Below, one piece after another: positions 26,825 through 37,237 of a stretch of 64,000 nucleotides of DNA (position 1 is its first letter; every line of letters starts with the position of its first letter). The DNA comes from Candidatus Marinacidobacterales bacterium (GTDB lineage: Bacteria; Acidobacteriota; Vicinamibacteria; Marinacidobacterales; SMYC01), in assembly GCA_965224085.1 (NCBI GenBank), contig CBDCYI010000009.1:384001-448000 (forward strand), written 5' to 3'. Under the pieces are notes generated by a model. The model searched no databases and was not told where the DNA came from. It saw nothing but the letters and a program-made list of their open reading frames with translations. The position numbers and the translations under genes are program-made.

Positions 26825-27135
26825 GCGTTTTTTTTGGACGGCACGCCGTCCGCCACCCTTTCGCCGAACCCCGTCGAGCGCAACATTTCTCGTTAGCAAT
26901 TCCCTACGACCTCTGGCTACCGTGCTCGGATCCATCCCGAGCAGTTCGGCAATCTGTTGGTCGCCACCGTGACCGAGCTTCATGGCCTCGACTCCCGCGT
27001 ACAGACGGCGCTGCTTTTCATCGAGCAGGCTGTAGAAAAGAACGATCGCAGCCTTCAACTCCGCGGGGAGCACGCGGACTCCCCCGACCCAGCCCAGCGT
27101 GGACGGTGCCGCCAAGATGTCGAGCTCCACATTTC
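26825..27135 (-). mobile_element. ISAzo13-family transposase N-terminal fragment
   Basis: LLDEKQRRLYAGVEAMKLGHGG...TVARGRREL...VRRKGGGRR, ending at an A8C run. Confidence 0.8.
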
Positions 27136-27459
27136 GGTGGCACCCTCCGCGCTGTCGCTTTCATCTTCAAACAGAAAGTCATTCGAAAAATTATGGATCA
27201 TCCGAAAACGTCCAAGACCCACTCCCGAGCTCCTCCTCAGCCTTAGCTTCGGCCTCTCAATTTCTTTTCCCCTGTGCGATTTCTCTCGCAACGCGACGCC
27301 ATACCTGTGTCTTCCCCGCTTGAACTCCCTCCCCTTCACCACCTTGTCTTGCTACGTACCTTTTGCTAACGTCACCGACATTTAATGACGTGACGCCACG
27401 TCGGCCATACTGGAGAAATCCAAGAAAACGCCTCGAGGAGGTTTTGGAATTCCCTATCC
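27136..27459 (+). mobile_element. IS91-like element relic (transposase tail plus oriIS-like end)
   Basis: GGTLRAVAFI...VIRKIMDH...SRAPP matches the transposase tail at 63460-63570; ends GGTTTTGGAATTCCCTATCC. Confidence 0.6.
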
Positions 27460-27477
27460 TTTCATCGAGAGGAGAAG

Positions 27478-28950
27478 ATGATGATGCTTCGAGCGATGTT
27501 TATCTTGATTTCTGTGACGCTCTCGTCCGCTTTCGCCAATGCGCAGCTGGGGGTGCATACGTCGAAGACCGGCGGGGAAGTTCTTCGTCTGATCCGAAAG
27601 GACAAGCTCGATCTCATTCTGCCGGGGGCCATGCGCGACAATGGCGTGGACATGTGGATTCATGTCACGCGTCACGGAGATCCCGATCCTATGGCTCAGT
27701 ACTTCGGAACAACCTACGGGTACTTGGTTTTTACCGACGTCGGCGACAAGATCGAGCGGGCTGCGTTTGGTGCAGCGGGAGCCGTCGAGAATATCGATGT
27801 ACGCGGCTCTGACGCTTTCGCGCGGGCTATTTCCAGTTATGACCGCGGATATCGCATGGCGTTCGGCTATGGCGATGAAGTCTACGACGAATTCAGAGAG
27901 TTCGTTGCTGAACGTGATCCAAAAACAATCGCAGTCAATACATCGGATTGGCTCGCCGAGGCAGATGGAATTTCACATTCTTCCTATCTGAAACTGGTAA
28001 AAACTCTAGGCCCCAAATATTCCGAGAGAATCGTGTCTGCAGAGAATGTCATTACAGACTTCGTGGTGCGAAGAACGCTCCAGGAGGTGACAGCACAGGC
28101 CAATACATTGGAAATAGCTCGTCAGATCCATGCTGAGGCTCTATCTCGTATCGAGCCGGGTGTAACGACGATAAGGGACATAACCTGGTGGGCCAAGGAG
28201 GAAGCATACAAGCGACATTTGGCGGGATACAGTACGTGGTCCCGAGGTGGAATCCGGGTCTACTACTCAGCATTGTCCGAACGCCCCCCCTATCCACCTG
28301 ACGCACGATATTGGATCTGGCACGGAGACTACGTTTTTCAGCGCGGCGATTTTTTCGCCTTTAATGTTGGCGTCAACTATATGGGCTTTGGGACGGACAC
28401 GAAGACGCACGCGTACATTCTGAGAGAAGGGGAAACGAGTGTTCCCGAGAGCATCCAGCGCCTCTTTGATCTGGCGGTCGCAGGCCAATGGATCATGCGG
28501 GATCACATGAAAGTCGGTATGACCGCGAAGGAGTCTCTCGACGCTATGGTTTCAGCAATGGAACAGGCGGGCTACATCTATACGCCCTTTGTCAATTCGG
28601 GGATCCAAGGAACGGGGCGCACCGCTGACGGCAAAGGAAATATCGACTACGTGATGATACAAAAGGCGCTCGCTAATACCGATGAGCCAGGATTCGCAAT
28701 CGATAATCATGCCTTCGGTAGTGTTGGCACCGGCACGCTCGGGCCCTCGATGACGAATTTTCGGGCAGACAGGCATCATTTGTTGATTCAAGAGAATCAT
28801 ATGTTTGCTTTCGAATACATGGTCCATATGAACATTCCCGAAAGGCCCGGGTTTCCGCTCGCCATTAATATTTCGAATCCTCAAATCGTAACCAGCCGAG
28901 GAGTTGAATGGCTCCAGCCTCCAAATGAGAGAATCGTGCTGATTCATTGA
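27478..28950 (+). CDS. M24 (Xaa-Pro peptidase/creatinase-like) family protein with signal peptide
   Basis: LILPGAMRDNGVDMWI, DPKTIAVN, DGISHS, IEPGVTT, QRGD, GTD....YILREGE, GVEWL.P. Confidence 0.8.
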   Translation: MMMLRAMFILISVTLSSAFANAQLGVHTSKTGGEVLRLIRKDKLDLILPGAMRDNGVDMWIHVTRHGDPDPMAQYFGTTYGYLVFTDVGDKIERAAFGAAGAVENIDVRGSDAFARAISSYDRGYRMAFGYGDEVYDEFREFVAERDPKTIAVNTSDWLAEADGISHSSYLKLVKTLGPKYSERIVSAENVITDFVVRRTLQEVTAQANTLEIARQIHAEALSRIEPGVTTIRDITWWAKEEAYKRHLAGYSTWSRGGIRVYYSALSERPPYPPDARYWIWHGDYVFQRGDFFAFNVGVNYMGFGTDTKTHAYILREGETSVPESIQRLFDLAVAGQWIMRDHMKVGMTAKESLDAMVSAMEQAGYIYTPFVNSGIQGTGRTADGKGNIDYVMIQKALANTDEPGFAIDNHAFGSVGTGTLGPSMTNFRADRHHLLIQENHMFAFEYMVHMNIPERPGFPLAINISNPQIVTSRGVEWLQPPNERIVLIH

Positions 28951-29020
28951 CTTCATCGGGTACCCCGATCTGGCGCCACGGGTATCCGACTGGCTTAAAG
29001 CCGAGGGAAAGGGTCAGTTT

Positions 29021-29206
29021 TGATGCATCTCGCTCTTCCAGCGTGTCCAGAGAAAGAAAGACGTCTCTCTGCTTCTCAGTAATGATGTAGACCACCTCTT
29101 GCTCGAGCCACTTGAGACGTTCGGCAGACAGCTTGTCCAGCCGTTCATCACCAAACGCGTTAACTGCGAGGGAGATGATAACGGTCATCAATGCGTTCCG
29201 TTTCAT
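29021..29206 (-). pseudogene. 5' fragment of a GWxTD-domain protein gene
   Basis: ERLDKLSAERLKWLEQEVVYIITEKQRDVFLSLDTLE aligns with ERLDRLTPEKRKWLEEEVVYIISEVEREVFLSIETLE of the gene at 54885. Confidence 0.75.
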
Positions 29207-29342
29207 CAACCACCTCCTGGAGAAAGTTCGTAAGCCGCCGCGACTGCCTTCGAGCTTAGTCGTAAGCCGATTCGCGTTCAAGTGAGACCGTACGACGCCC
29301 TGGTCCTTCGAAGACCCCTCGAAAGGCAAGGAACCGACGCTG

Positions 29343-31883
29343 TTAGGGAGGGTCGTTCGAATCCTGAGCGAGTTCGGCGAAGGCCTGCCGACCCCGGCGC
29401 CAGAGTTGGACGACTTCTTCTTTTTGCGCTGGACTATCGAAAGCTTGGGAGGCTTCCAGCAGCTCCAGCACCCGCTCGGTCCACTTCAGAAAATAGCGGG
29501 CATCCTCCAGCGAACTCGGCGCCTGGTTGCCTTTGGTAACGTACACTGGGTTCGTATGGGCGTACACATAACTATCCATGAGCAGGTGCAGCTCCTCCGG
29601 CCCGGTCACCCGGGCCGCCACCCACCCGCTGCGGGCGATCGGCACGGTGGTATTGACTTTGATGTGGTACGGATCTTCCGGCTTCTTCGAAAAAACAACA
29701 TCACCGTTCACGATAATGTCCAGAGTATCCATGGGGAAGATGGAGCTTGCTTCCGCCTCCACCTGCAGCTGGCCGGGATCCCGACCCGGCATGCGCAGCT
29801 CGTCACCCGGCTCCCGCCCCTCCACACGCAACAACAGTAAAGGCCCGTTGGTAACGAACGAGCGCCCCAAGGTCAGGCCGCGGATCCAGTTTCCATAGTC
29901 CAGCGGAGAGCCCGATTTCACATACACCCGCGTGGTACCGATCGCGGGGGCACGCCAATAGTTCGTCATCGCGTCGGTGCCGGCAGAGGCGGGAACCCGG
30001 AAGCCCAAGTTGAGCACTCGATACCAAACGTCCGCCGAGACGTACTCGTCGCTCCAAATGCACATGACGTCGTAGTAGTCGATGTTACCCAGGGCAGCGT
30101 TGACGGGAAACTCTCGTGCCCCGCGGTAGTCGTTCTCGGAAGGATCCTGGTTGCGGCTGAGAAAGGGATGCACGTAGCCGGCAACGCCCCCCTGGGCGTG
30201 TGCGGCGTCCAGCACCTGTGAGTTTGTGGGGTAATGGGCGGCCACCGATGTGCCCTGGTAGCCATCGAATTGAGGGAAGAAAAACTCCTTTAGATTCAGC
30301 AGGGCCATATGGCCGGCAAAGCTGGGGCGATACTCCTCGTTGAAATAAAGCAACCGATTCGGCTTCGAGAGGGCGTTCAGCTTGCCTTCGAAATACTTTA
30401 GATCGTGTATGCGGGTTCCCCACTGATTGGCCACCAGGTCGTTGATGACGTGAAGATCCTCCGCATCGGCCTCGAGCAGCAGCGATTGGGGAGTCGCTTC
30501 GAAGATGCCCCCATAATTCATGTGGATATGGTTGTCGCCGGAGTACCAACCTCGCGCCGGCAGATCGATGAACCGCTCCAGCGTGAGCTCCAGCTCCTCA
30601 GTTTCGCCCGGCGCGATGTTCACCTGCTTTGTTTGAGGCCGGTACTCGAAGCCTTTGGTGACCTCCACCGTGACTTCTCCCACCGGTAGATCCACGGCGA
30701 AGCTCCCCTCGGTATGAAAGTAGTGATCGTCCGTGACCACGACCATTCGGTGAAAGTCAGCCAAAGGTGTATACGACTTCCCGTCAGCCGCTTTCAGGTA
30801 CACGCGGGCTTGGGTCTCGTCGCCGGTAGCCGCGTCCCGGACCACGACCTTTAGGCGACCCACCGGATACCGGTGCTTCAGGCCGGAGATCCCGACTTCG
30901 GACGGCATGCCGCCCACGCTAGCGATGGTCCAAAGAGTGAACTTGCCCCCCGAGTTCGAGATGTAAGCGAGTTTCCGACTGTCGGGTGACCAGGCAGGGG
31001 TGAAGACTTCGCCGTCCACAAAGGTGAGCCGCAAGGGGTTACCGTCGGTCGCCGACATTACCCACAACTGATTGTGCCCGCTACGGAATGACGCGTAGGC
31101 AACTTTGAGACCGTCCGGCGACCAGGCCGGGCGGGCGTGCCAGACCGTCTCCTCGGGCAGCAGTATCGTGGGGTGCTCGGCGCCGGAACGATACTTCCAG
31201 ATTCCGCCCGTGCCTTGGATCGGCCGGCCGTTCCAGGGCCGGTTGCTGACGAAAACGACCTCGTCGCCGTCGGGCGACCAGCTCGCGGTGATGTTTTGAT
31301 ACGCGTCTGCCAGCACGGGTTGAACCGTCCCCTCTTTGACCGATATGGACCAGAGTCCGAGCGCCTCGCCTTTGTCCATCGACTCGTAGAGAATGGTTCT
31401 TCCATCCGGAGACCAGCGGGGGTTGACGCTGAACGCAATGCTCTTGGTGAGCTGGCGAGGACTGGCTCCATCGGCACCGACCACCCATATGTCAATCACT
31501 TGACCGGTGTCGCGAGTGAATGCGATCTGTCCGCCGTCGGGCGACCAATCCGGCTCGGAGTCATAGTGGGGTCCCGACGTGAGCTGCACCGCCTCTCCCC
31601 CCTGGGCGAGGATCTTCCAGAGACTCCCTTGCATGGCGAACACGATCTCCCGTCCATCCGGAGACCAGGCCGGCGACCAAGGCCCCGTAGTCACCGGCGG
31701 CAGGTACATGCTCTCCATATACATCCCTCCACCGCCGCCAAAGATGTGACGGTAGGCGAGCGGAATCTGCGGAGCGTGCGCAAACAGCGGCACCGCGGAA
31801 AGCATGCAAGTCAAGGTCAACAAGGTCAACCAGAACAGGGCTGTAGCTGAGCGCTTGCGAGCGAAAGGTTGCATCATCATCAC
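29343..31883 (-). CDS. TolB-like PD40 propeller fused to a CehA/McbA-type PHP metallohydrolase
   Basis: Six WSPD(G/S) repeats, then GWYSGDNHIH, NEEYR...GH, YVHP, SAGTDA, GRSFVTNGP, AHTNPVY. Confidence 0.88.
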   Translation of the reverse strand: MMMMQPFARKRSATALFWLTLLTLTCMLSAVPLFAHAPQIPLAYRHIFGGGGGMYMESMYLPPVTTGPWSPAWSPDGREIVFAMQGSLWKILAQGGEAVQLTSGPHYDSEPDWSPDGGQIAFTRDTGQVIDIWVVGADGASPRQLTKSIAFSVNPRWSPDGRTILYESMDKGEALGLWSISVKEGTVQPVLADAYQNITASWSPDGDEVVFVSNRPWNGRPIQGTGGIWKYRSGAEHPTILLPEETVWHARPAWSPDGLKVAYASFRSGHNQLWVMSATDGNPLRLTFVDGEVFTPAWSPDSRKLAYISNSGGKFTLWTIASVGGMPSEVGISGLKHRYPVGRLKVVVRDAATGDETQARVYLKAADGKSYTPLADFHRMVVVTDDHYFHTEGSFAVDLPVGEVTVEVTKGFEYRPQTKQVNIAPGETEELELTLERFIDLPARGWYSGDNHIHMNYGGIFEATPQSLLLEADAEDLHVINDLVANQWGTRIHDLKYFEGKLNALSKPNRLLYFNEEYRPSFAGHMALLNLKEFFFPQFDGYQGTSVAAHYPTNSQVLDAAHAQGGVAGYVHPFLSRNQDPSENDYRGAREFPVNAALGNIDYYDVMCIWSDEYVSADVWYRVLNLGFRVPASAGTDAMTNYWRAPAIGTTRVYVKSGSPLDYGNWIRGLTLGRSFVTNGPLLLLRVEGREPGDELRMPGRDPGQLQVEAEASSIFPMDTLDIIVNGDVVFSKKPEDPYHIKVNTTVPIARSGWVAARVTGPEELHLLMDSYVYAHTNPVYVTKGNQAPSSLEDARYFLKWTERVLELLEASQAFDSPAQKEEVVQLWRRGRQAFAELAQDSNDPP

Positions 31884-31936
31884 TCCTCCTCATCGCCGGG
31901 CTGTGTACGAGCGGAGGGCCAGCCGTGCGGCTCAGT

Positions 31937-33343
31937 CTATTTACTGGATGTCGGAGACGCCATGGCCGGGCCGCCCTTGTACACTTTGCCGTCCTTGACG
32001 ACGACTTCGACGTCGGCCAAGGCCATGATGTTGAAAAGAGGGTCGCCGTTGACGACGATGATATCCGCGATCTTGCCCACTTCGATAGTTCCCAAATCGT
32101 CTCTGCGCCCCAGGATCCGTGCATTGACTCGAGTGGTCGCCGAGATGGCCCGTTGGGGGCTCATGCCCAGATCTACGAAGGCCTTGATCTCTCGCCACAA
32201 CGCTTCCGTATGGAAGTTCAACGGGGTGCCGGAATCCGTGCCCATGCCCACGACCGCGCCCGAATCGATCCACTGCTTGAGCGAGGCGTCGCCAAACAAC
32301 ATCTGCCGCGGTGTCGTGGAGAAGTATCGAAGGGTATGCCAGTTCTCGAAGCTGTTCTGCACCTCCTCGTAGATCTCGGGCGGGAAATCCCTCTTCAGCT
32401 GCGGGTCCTGCAAGCGCTCCGGAAACGCGACCGTCGCCGGAAACACCCATACGCGATGCGCTCCAGTGACGACGACCGGCCTCCCGCTCACAACGATGTC
32501 TTCGAGGAGCTCCGCATCGTAGGGGGGTGTGCCGGCGGAGCCCACGTGCTGCAGCACGTCCACCCCGGCCTCGAGTGCGTCTCGAACTGCCTGAGGACTG
32601 TAGACGTGCGCGTGCACTCGAATGTCGTACCGGTGCGCTGCCTCCACGATGGCCTCGTAATGCGCTCGGTTCAGGCCGGCCCAGGCCTTGATGACGTCGA
32701 CGCCCGCCTTGGCCAGATCCTCGGTGGCCTTCCCGGCCTCCTCGGGCGTTTTGATCCCGATCTGAGACTCGGCCGGAAAAATAGGCCAGACGCGTCCCGT
32801 CACCCAAGCGCCACTCATCCACATTCTAGGGCCAGGGATCTCGCCGCGGTTGATCCGATCTCGCACCGTGATGCTATCGTCGAGCGTCGCCCCCAAATCC
32901 ACCGCCGAGGTCACGCCGGCCATCAGCAACTGTCGAGCTGAGATCTCCATGACCTGCTGGATAGGTGTCCCGGTTTTCTCAAGCCAGGGGAACCAGGTGG
33001 CATAGTCACCGTGGCCCAGGATCATGAGGTGAGCATGTAGGTCGATGAGTCCCGGCAGCATCGTCCGGCCCTGCGTATCGATGACGGTGTAGCCTTGCGG
33101 GATCTCGATCTCGGGGGCCCTACCGACGGCGACAATACGGTCGCTCTCGATGAGAACGGCCGCGTTGTGGAGCGGCGGTACCTCATATCCATCCAGCAGC
33201 ATGCCGCCCACGAGGGCGAGCTTGCTGTTTGGCTGCGCCGACGCTGCGCCTGCGAACACTATCAGCGAGACGGCCGCGGCCAGGAGCGTACCTGCCATTG
33301 GGAACGAGACCCGGCTTTTGCTTCTGTTCATTTTTCTCTCCAT
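31937..33343 (-). CDS. Exported amidohydrolase family protein (paralogue A1)
   Basis: PGLIDLHAH, VIKA, HAH, LQH, GTDSG, GTIEVGKIADII; signal peptide. Confidence 0.93.
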   Translation of the reverse strand: MERKMNRSKSRVSFPMAGTLLAAAVSLIVFAGAASAQPNSKLALVGGMLLDGYEVPPLHNAAVLIESDRIVAVGRAPEIEIPQGYTVIDTQGRTMLPGLIDLHAHLMILGHGDYATWFPWLEKTGTPIQQVMEISARQLLMAGVTSAVDLGATLDDSITVRDRINRGEIPGPRMWMSGAWVTGRVWPIFPAESQIGIKTPEEAGKATEDLAKAGVDVIKAWAGLNRAHYEAIVEAAHRYDIRVHAHVYSPQAVRDALEAGVDVLQHVGSAGTPPYDAELLEDIVVSGRPVVVTGAHRVWVFPATVAFPERLQDPQLKRDFPPEIYEEVQNSFENWHTLRYFSTTPRQMLFGDASLKQWIDSGAVVGMGTDSGTPLNFHTEALWREIKAFVDLGMSPQRAISATTRVNARILGRRDDLGTIEVGKIADIIVVNGDPLFNIMALADVEVVVKDGKVYKGGPAMASPTSSK

Positions 33344-33499
33344 GAGGTGCCCTCCGCTCGTCTGCGCGCGGATCCCTCGACGAGATCGAGCAGCTCCCGG
33401 TCGATGGGAGCCAGATTTCGTATGGCCCTGAGATCGTTGATGCATTTGCAGAGGCTCGCCGACGTTCGTGCGCCCCCGTGTGCTCGAGGCCCTCGGGCT

Positions 33500-33740
33500 T
33501 GTCGTGCTGCCACTAATTGTCGCCATCGATGTCGAAGCCCAAGCTACGGGCGAGAGTCCGAATGTGAACGCCCACGCGGATCGTTTTGTTCGTTCGATAA
33601 AACATGAACGCCTCGAACGGATGGTTCCGCTCGGGGAGAATATTCTTCGCACGGTTGTTCGCGCTTACGCCGCCCATGACAACCACCAAGGTCTCGACAG
33701 CGGGCTGGTCTTCCCAGTGCAGGAAAGTCGCGGGGCGAGA
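33500..33740 (+). pseudogene. Integrase-core (DDE) transposase remnant
   Basis: SPNVNAHADRFVRSIKHERLERMVPLGENILR....NHQGLD. Confidence 0.7.
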
Positions 33741-33772
33741 CTCATTGTGTCCCTCCGGCCGGAGCCAGCTGG

Positions 33773-35218
33773 CTACCGGCCGGTCGGCCCGCCCTTGTAG
33801 ACGACGCCGTCCTTGACGACCACTTCCACGTCGGCCAGCGCCATGATGTTGAACAGCGGATTGCCCCGCACCACGATGATGTCGGCCAGCTTGCCCGGCT
33901 CGATCGTCCCGAGGTCGCTCCCTCTGCCCAGGATCCGCGCGTTGATGCGCGTCGCCGCCGAAATGGCGCGCTGCGGCGACATCCCCATGTCCACGTGCGC
34001 CTTGATCTCCCGCCACAGTGCCTCGGTGTTGAAATTCGCTGGAGAGGGGTCGGTGCCCATGCCCATCACCGCGCCCGCTTCGATGAACTGCTTCAACCCG
34101 CGCTCGCGGAAGAACATCTCCCGGTCAACCCGCTGAAAGTAGCTGATCGTATGCCACTGCTCGAGCGAGGACTGCACTTCCTCCCATAGGCCGGGTATCG
34201 CGGCGAAGTCTTCCTTCAGCTGGGGGTCCTGCAGCCGTTCCGGAAACCCCACCGTGGCCGGAAAAATCCACGAACGGTGGGTGGCGGTGATCACCACCGG
34301 CCGCCCCGCGTTCACGACGTCGCGAATCAGCTCCGGAGTGTACGGCGGCGTGGTCCCGGCCGAGCCCGTATGCGTGAGGACGTCCACTCCGGCCTCGAGC
34401 GCGTTGCGCACGTCCTGCTCGTCGTACACGTGCGCGTGCACCCGGAGGTTGTGGCGATGCGCCGTCTCGAGGATCGCCCGGTAGTGCGCGGGCGTGAGGT
34501 TCGTGTATGCCTTGATGACGTCGACGCCTGCCCGGGCCAGTTCGTCGGTAACGCGCGCGGCGTCTTCGGGCGTGTCGATCGTCCCCGGCGGGTAGGCCCA
34601 CCACTCCTCGCCGGATCGAAACGGGCGCTTCTGGTTCCCCATCTGCGGATCAGGTCTCCCGAACGAGCCACGGAGCTCGATGTCGCCGCTTATCTCACCC
34701 TTCCGCGGGATCACCAATCCGGCCATCCACAGCCGCGGCCCCGGAATCTCGCCGCGGGCGACCCGATCGCGCACTCGCAAGCTCTCTTCGAGCGGCGACC
34801 CGAGATCGACCACCGAGGTAACGCCGGCCCTCAGCAGCTGTTTGGCCGACAGCTCCATGACGGCGTCCAGGACGTCTCGCTCGCGCACCCACTGCCACCA
34901 GCGCGGGTAGGCCGAGCCGAGCAGCGACAGATGGCCGTGCAGGTCGATGAGGCCCGGTAGCATGACCCGTCCTCTCGTGTCGATCACCGTCGCGTCCGAC
35001 GGAATCGTGGCCTCGGCGGCCCGGCCCACCCAGACAATCGTGTTGCCTTCGATGAGCACCGCCGCATGGTGCAGCGGCGGCACCTCGTAGCCGTCCAGGA
35101 GCATGCCGCCCACCAGCGCCACGCGCGTGGGCGTCTGCGCCCGCAGCTCCGCTGGGGTGCCAAGCAGCACGAGCGCCAGCACGACAACACCGTATGCGTA
35201 GTTTTTCGTGACTCTCAT
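33773..35218 (-). CDS. Exported amidohydrolase family protein (paralogue A2)
   Basis: PGLIDLHGH, VIKAY, HAH, LTH, GTD; signal peptide. Confidence 0.93.
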   Translation of the reverse strand: MRVTKNYAYGVVVLALVLLGTPAELRAQTPTRVALVGGMLLDGYEVPPLHHAAVLIEGNTIVWVGRAAEATIPSDATVIDTRGRVMLPGLIDLHGHLSLLGSAYPRWWQWVRERDVLDAVMELSAKQLLRAGVTSVVDLGSPLEESLRVRDRVARGEIPGPRLWMAGLVIPRKGEISGDIELRGSFGRPDPQMGNQKRPFRSGEEWWAYPPGTIDTPEDAARVTDELARAGVDVIKAYTNLTPAHYRAILETAHRHNLRVHAHVYDEQDVRNALEAGVDVLTHTGSAGTTPPYTPELIRDVVNAGRPVVITATHRSWIFPATVGFPERLQDPQLKEDFAAIPGLWEEVQSSLEQWHTISYFQRVDREMFFRERGLKQFIEAGAVMGMGTDPSPANFNTEALWREIKAHVDMGMSPQRAISAATRINARILGRGSDLGTIEPGKLADIIVVRGNPLFNIMALADVEVVVKDGVVYKGGPTGR

Positions 35219-35252
35219 GATTCGCTCTCCCTCTTCGGGCCTTCTCTGTGCG

Positions 35253-36617
35253 CTAACGGCGCGCCGGCCCACCCTTGTAGACGACGCCGTCCTTGACGAC
35301 CACTTCCACGTCGGCCAGCGCCATGATATTGAACAGCGGATTACCCCGCACCACGATGATGTCGGCCAGCTTGCCCGGCTCGATCGTGCCCAGATCCTGC
35401 CCGCGGCCGAGAATGCGAGCACCGATGCGCGTTGCGGCCGAAATCGCCCGCTGCGGCGACATCCCCATGTCCACGTGCGCCTTGATCTCCCGCCACATCG
35501 CCTCCGGATTGAAGTTCATCGGCGAGCCCGAGTCCGTCCCGATGCCCAGCACGGCGCCGGCCTCGATGAACTGCTTCAGCCCCCGCTCCCGAAAGAACAT
35601 CTCGCGGTCGACCTGCTGGAAGTACCCGAGCGTGTGCCAGTGCTCGAACGACTTCTGCACCAGCTCCCAGAGGCCGGGCTCGGCGCCGAAGTCGGCTTTG
35701 AGCTGTGGATCCTGTAGCCGCTCCGGGAAGTCGACCGTGGCTGGGAAGATCCACGTCCGGTGTGTGCCGGTGACGACGACCGGTCGCCCGGCGTTAACGA
35801 TGTCGCGAATCAGCTCCGGAGTGTACGGCGGGGTGCGCCCGGCTGAACCCGCATGGGTCAGCACGTCCACGCCGGCTTCGAGCGCGTTCCGCACGTCTTT
35901 TTCGTCGTACACGTGCGCGTGCACAAGGAGGTTGCGGCGATGTGCGGCCTCGACGATCGCCTGGTAATGCGCCGGCGTCAGGTTCGTGCGCACCTTGATG
36001 ACGTCCACGCCCGCTCCGGCCAGTTCCTCGGTGATGCGCGCGGCGTCTTCGGGCGTATCGATCCGGTCCGGGTGGACTGCCGGCCACGCGTTCGGGCCGG
36101 GAGGGCCGCCCCGCTGAATGACGAACCCGCTCACGAACAGCCGCGCCCCCGGGACCTCGCCCCGCGCGACCCGTTCGCGCACGTTGAGACTCTCCTCGAG
36201 CGGTCCACCGAGATCGACGACCGAAGTGACGCCGGCCATCAGGAACTGCCTGGCGGAGATCTCTATGACTCGCTCCATCAGGCCTTTCTCGGCCGCCCAT
36301 TCCCACAAGGGCGCGTACTTCGACCCCAGGTGCATCAGGTGCGCGTGCAGCTCGATCATCCCCGGCATCATCACGCGACCTCTGGTGTCGATCACGGTGG
36401 CGTCGGGCGGAATCGTGGCCTCGGCGGCGCGGCCAACCCACTTGATGGTGTCGCCCTCGATAAGCACGGCCGCATGGTGCAGCGGCGGCACCTCGTACCC
36501 GTCCAGCAGCATCCCGCCCACGAGCGCCAGCTGCTCGGGCGCCTGCGCCCACAGCTCCGCTGACGCGCCCGCCAGAACGAGCGTCCACGCAACGATGATA
36601 TTCGCGCGTCTTTTCAT
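35253..36617 (-). CDS. Exported amidohydrolase family protein (paralogue A3)
   Basis: PGMIELHAH, VIKV, HAH, LTH, GTDSG; RBS GGAGG; signal peptide. Confidence 0.93.
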   Translation of the reverse strand: MKRRANIIVAWTLVLAGASAELWAQAPEQLALVGGMLLDGYEVPPLHHAAVLIEGDTIKWVGRAAEATIPPDATVIDTRGRVMMPGMIELHAHLMHLGSKYAPLWEWAAEKGLMERVIEISARQFLMAGVTSVVDLGGPLEESLNVRERVARGEVPGARLFVSGFVIQRGGPPGPNAWPAVHPDRIDTPEDAARITEELAGAGVDVIKVRTNLTPAHYQAIVEAAHRRNLLVHAHVYDEKDVRNALEAGVDVLTHAGSAGRTPPYTPELIRDIVNAGRPVVVTGTHRTWIFPATVDFPERLQDPQLKADFGAEPGLWELVQKSFEHWHTLGYFQQVDREMFFRERGLKQFIEAGAVLGIGTDSGSPMNFNPEAMWREIKAHVDMGMSPQRAISAATRIGARILGRGQDLGTIEPGKLADIIVVRGNPLFNIMALADVEVVVKDGVVYKGGPARR

Positions 36618-36709
36618 GAGTCGTCCTCCATCAGCCAGCGATCGGCACCGTCGCTTCGGCGGAATCTTAGCCTCCGCGATCCCCGCCGTTGAAACGGCCG
36701 AGTCACGAC

Positions 36710-36959
36710 CTAGAACGCGAGGTTCGCGTTCACGAGCGGCCAATGGCCTGTGGCCATGAAGACCCGCGTCCGCGGCCCCTCGCCGAAGACATACAAGCCC
36801 GGGACGTCGAACCACGCCTTCTCGCACTTGATCTCCCCGCCCGCTATCGTCACGCTCACGCGCTCGCGCATCGTAAGCAGCGCCTCGTCCAGCACGCTGC
36901 GGATCGGCGGACGGATGCCTCGACTTGATCTCGTCCAGCAGCGTCTTGCAGGTCGGCAT
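36710..36959 (-). pseudogene. Small hypothetical gene, apparently frameshifted near 36915
   Basis: MPTCKTLLDEIKSR in one frame and IRSVLDEALLTMRERVSVTIAGGEIKCEKAWFDVPGLYVFGEGP... in another, both protein-like. Confidence 0.35.
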
Positions 36960-37237
36960 CGTGGCGAGAGAGCATAGCACAAAGAGAGCCGATAGGGGGG
37001 CGCACGGCCCAGGGACAGGAGCCGTGGTGCTAGACCTGCCTAGCATCGATTTACTTGAGAAAGACCCGAAGTTATGCTTTGGAATGCGAGACCGCGTTAT
37101 GATATCCATCGTAGGAGGAAACGGGGCAGAAGGATCGTCCCACCTTCTGCCCCTGATTTGGGCTCTGGAACATCCCAGTCCGTGCCGGCACGTGAGGGGA
37201 ACAGCCGTGTGAGCACAGAAAGGAGTCTGGTATAGAC

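Noticed and set aside
33344-37109. Long N-terminal extensions of the amidohydrolase ORFs (to 33652, 35422, 37109)
   Set aside because: Downstream ATGs with RBS and signal peptides fit better; the extensions overlap other genes or relics.
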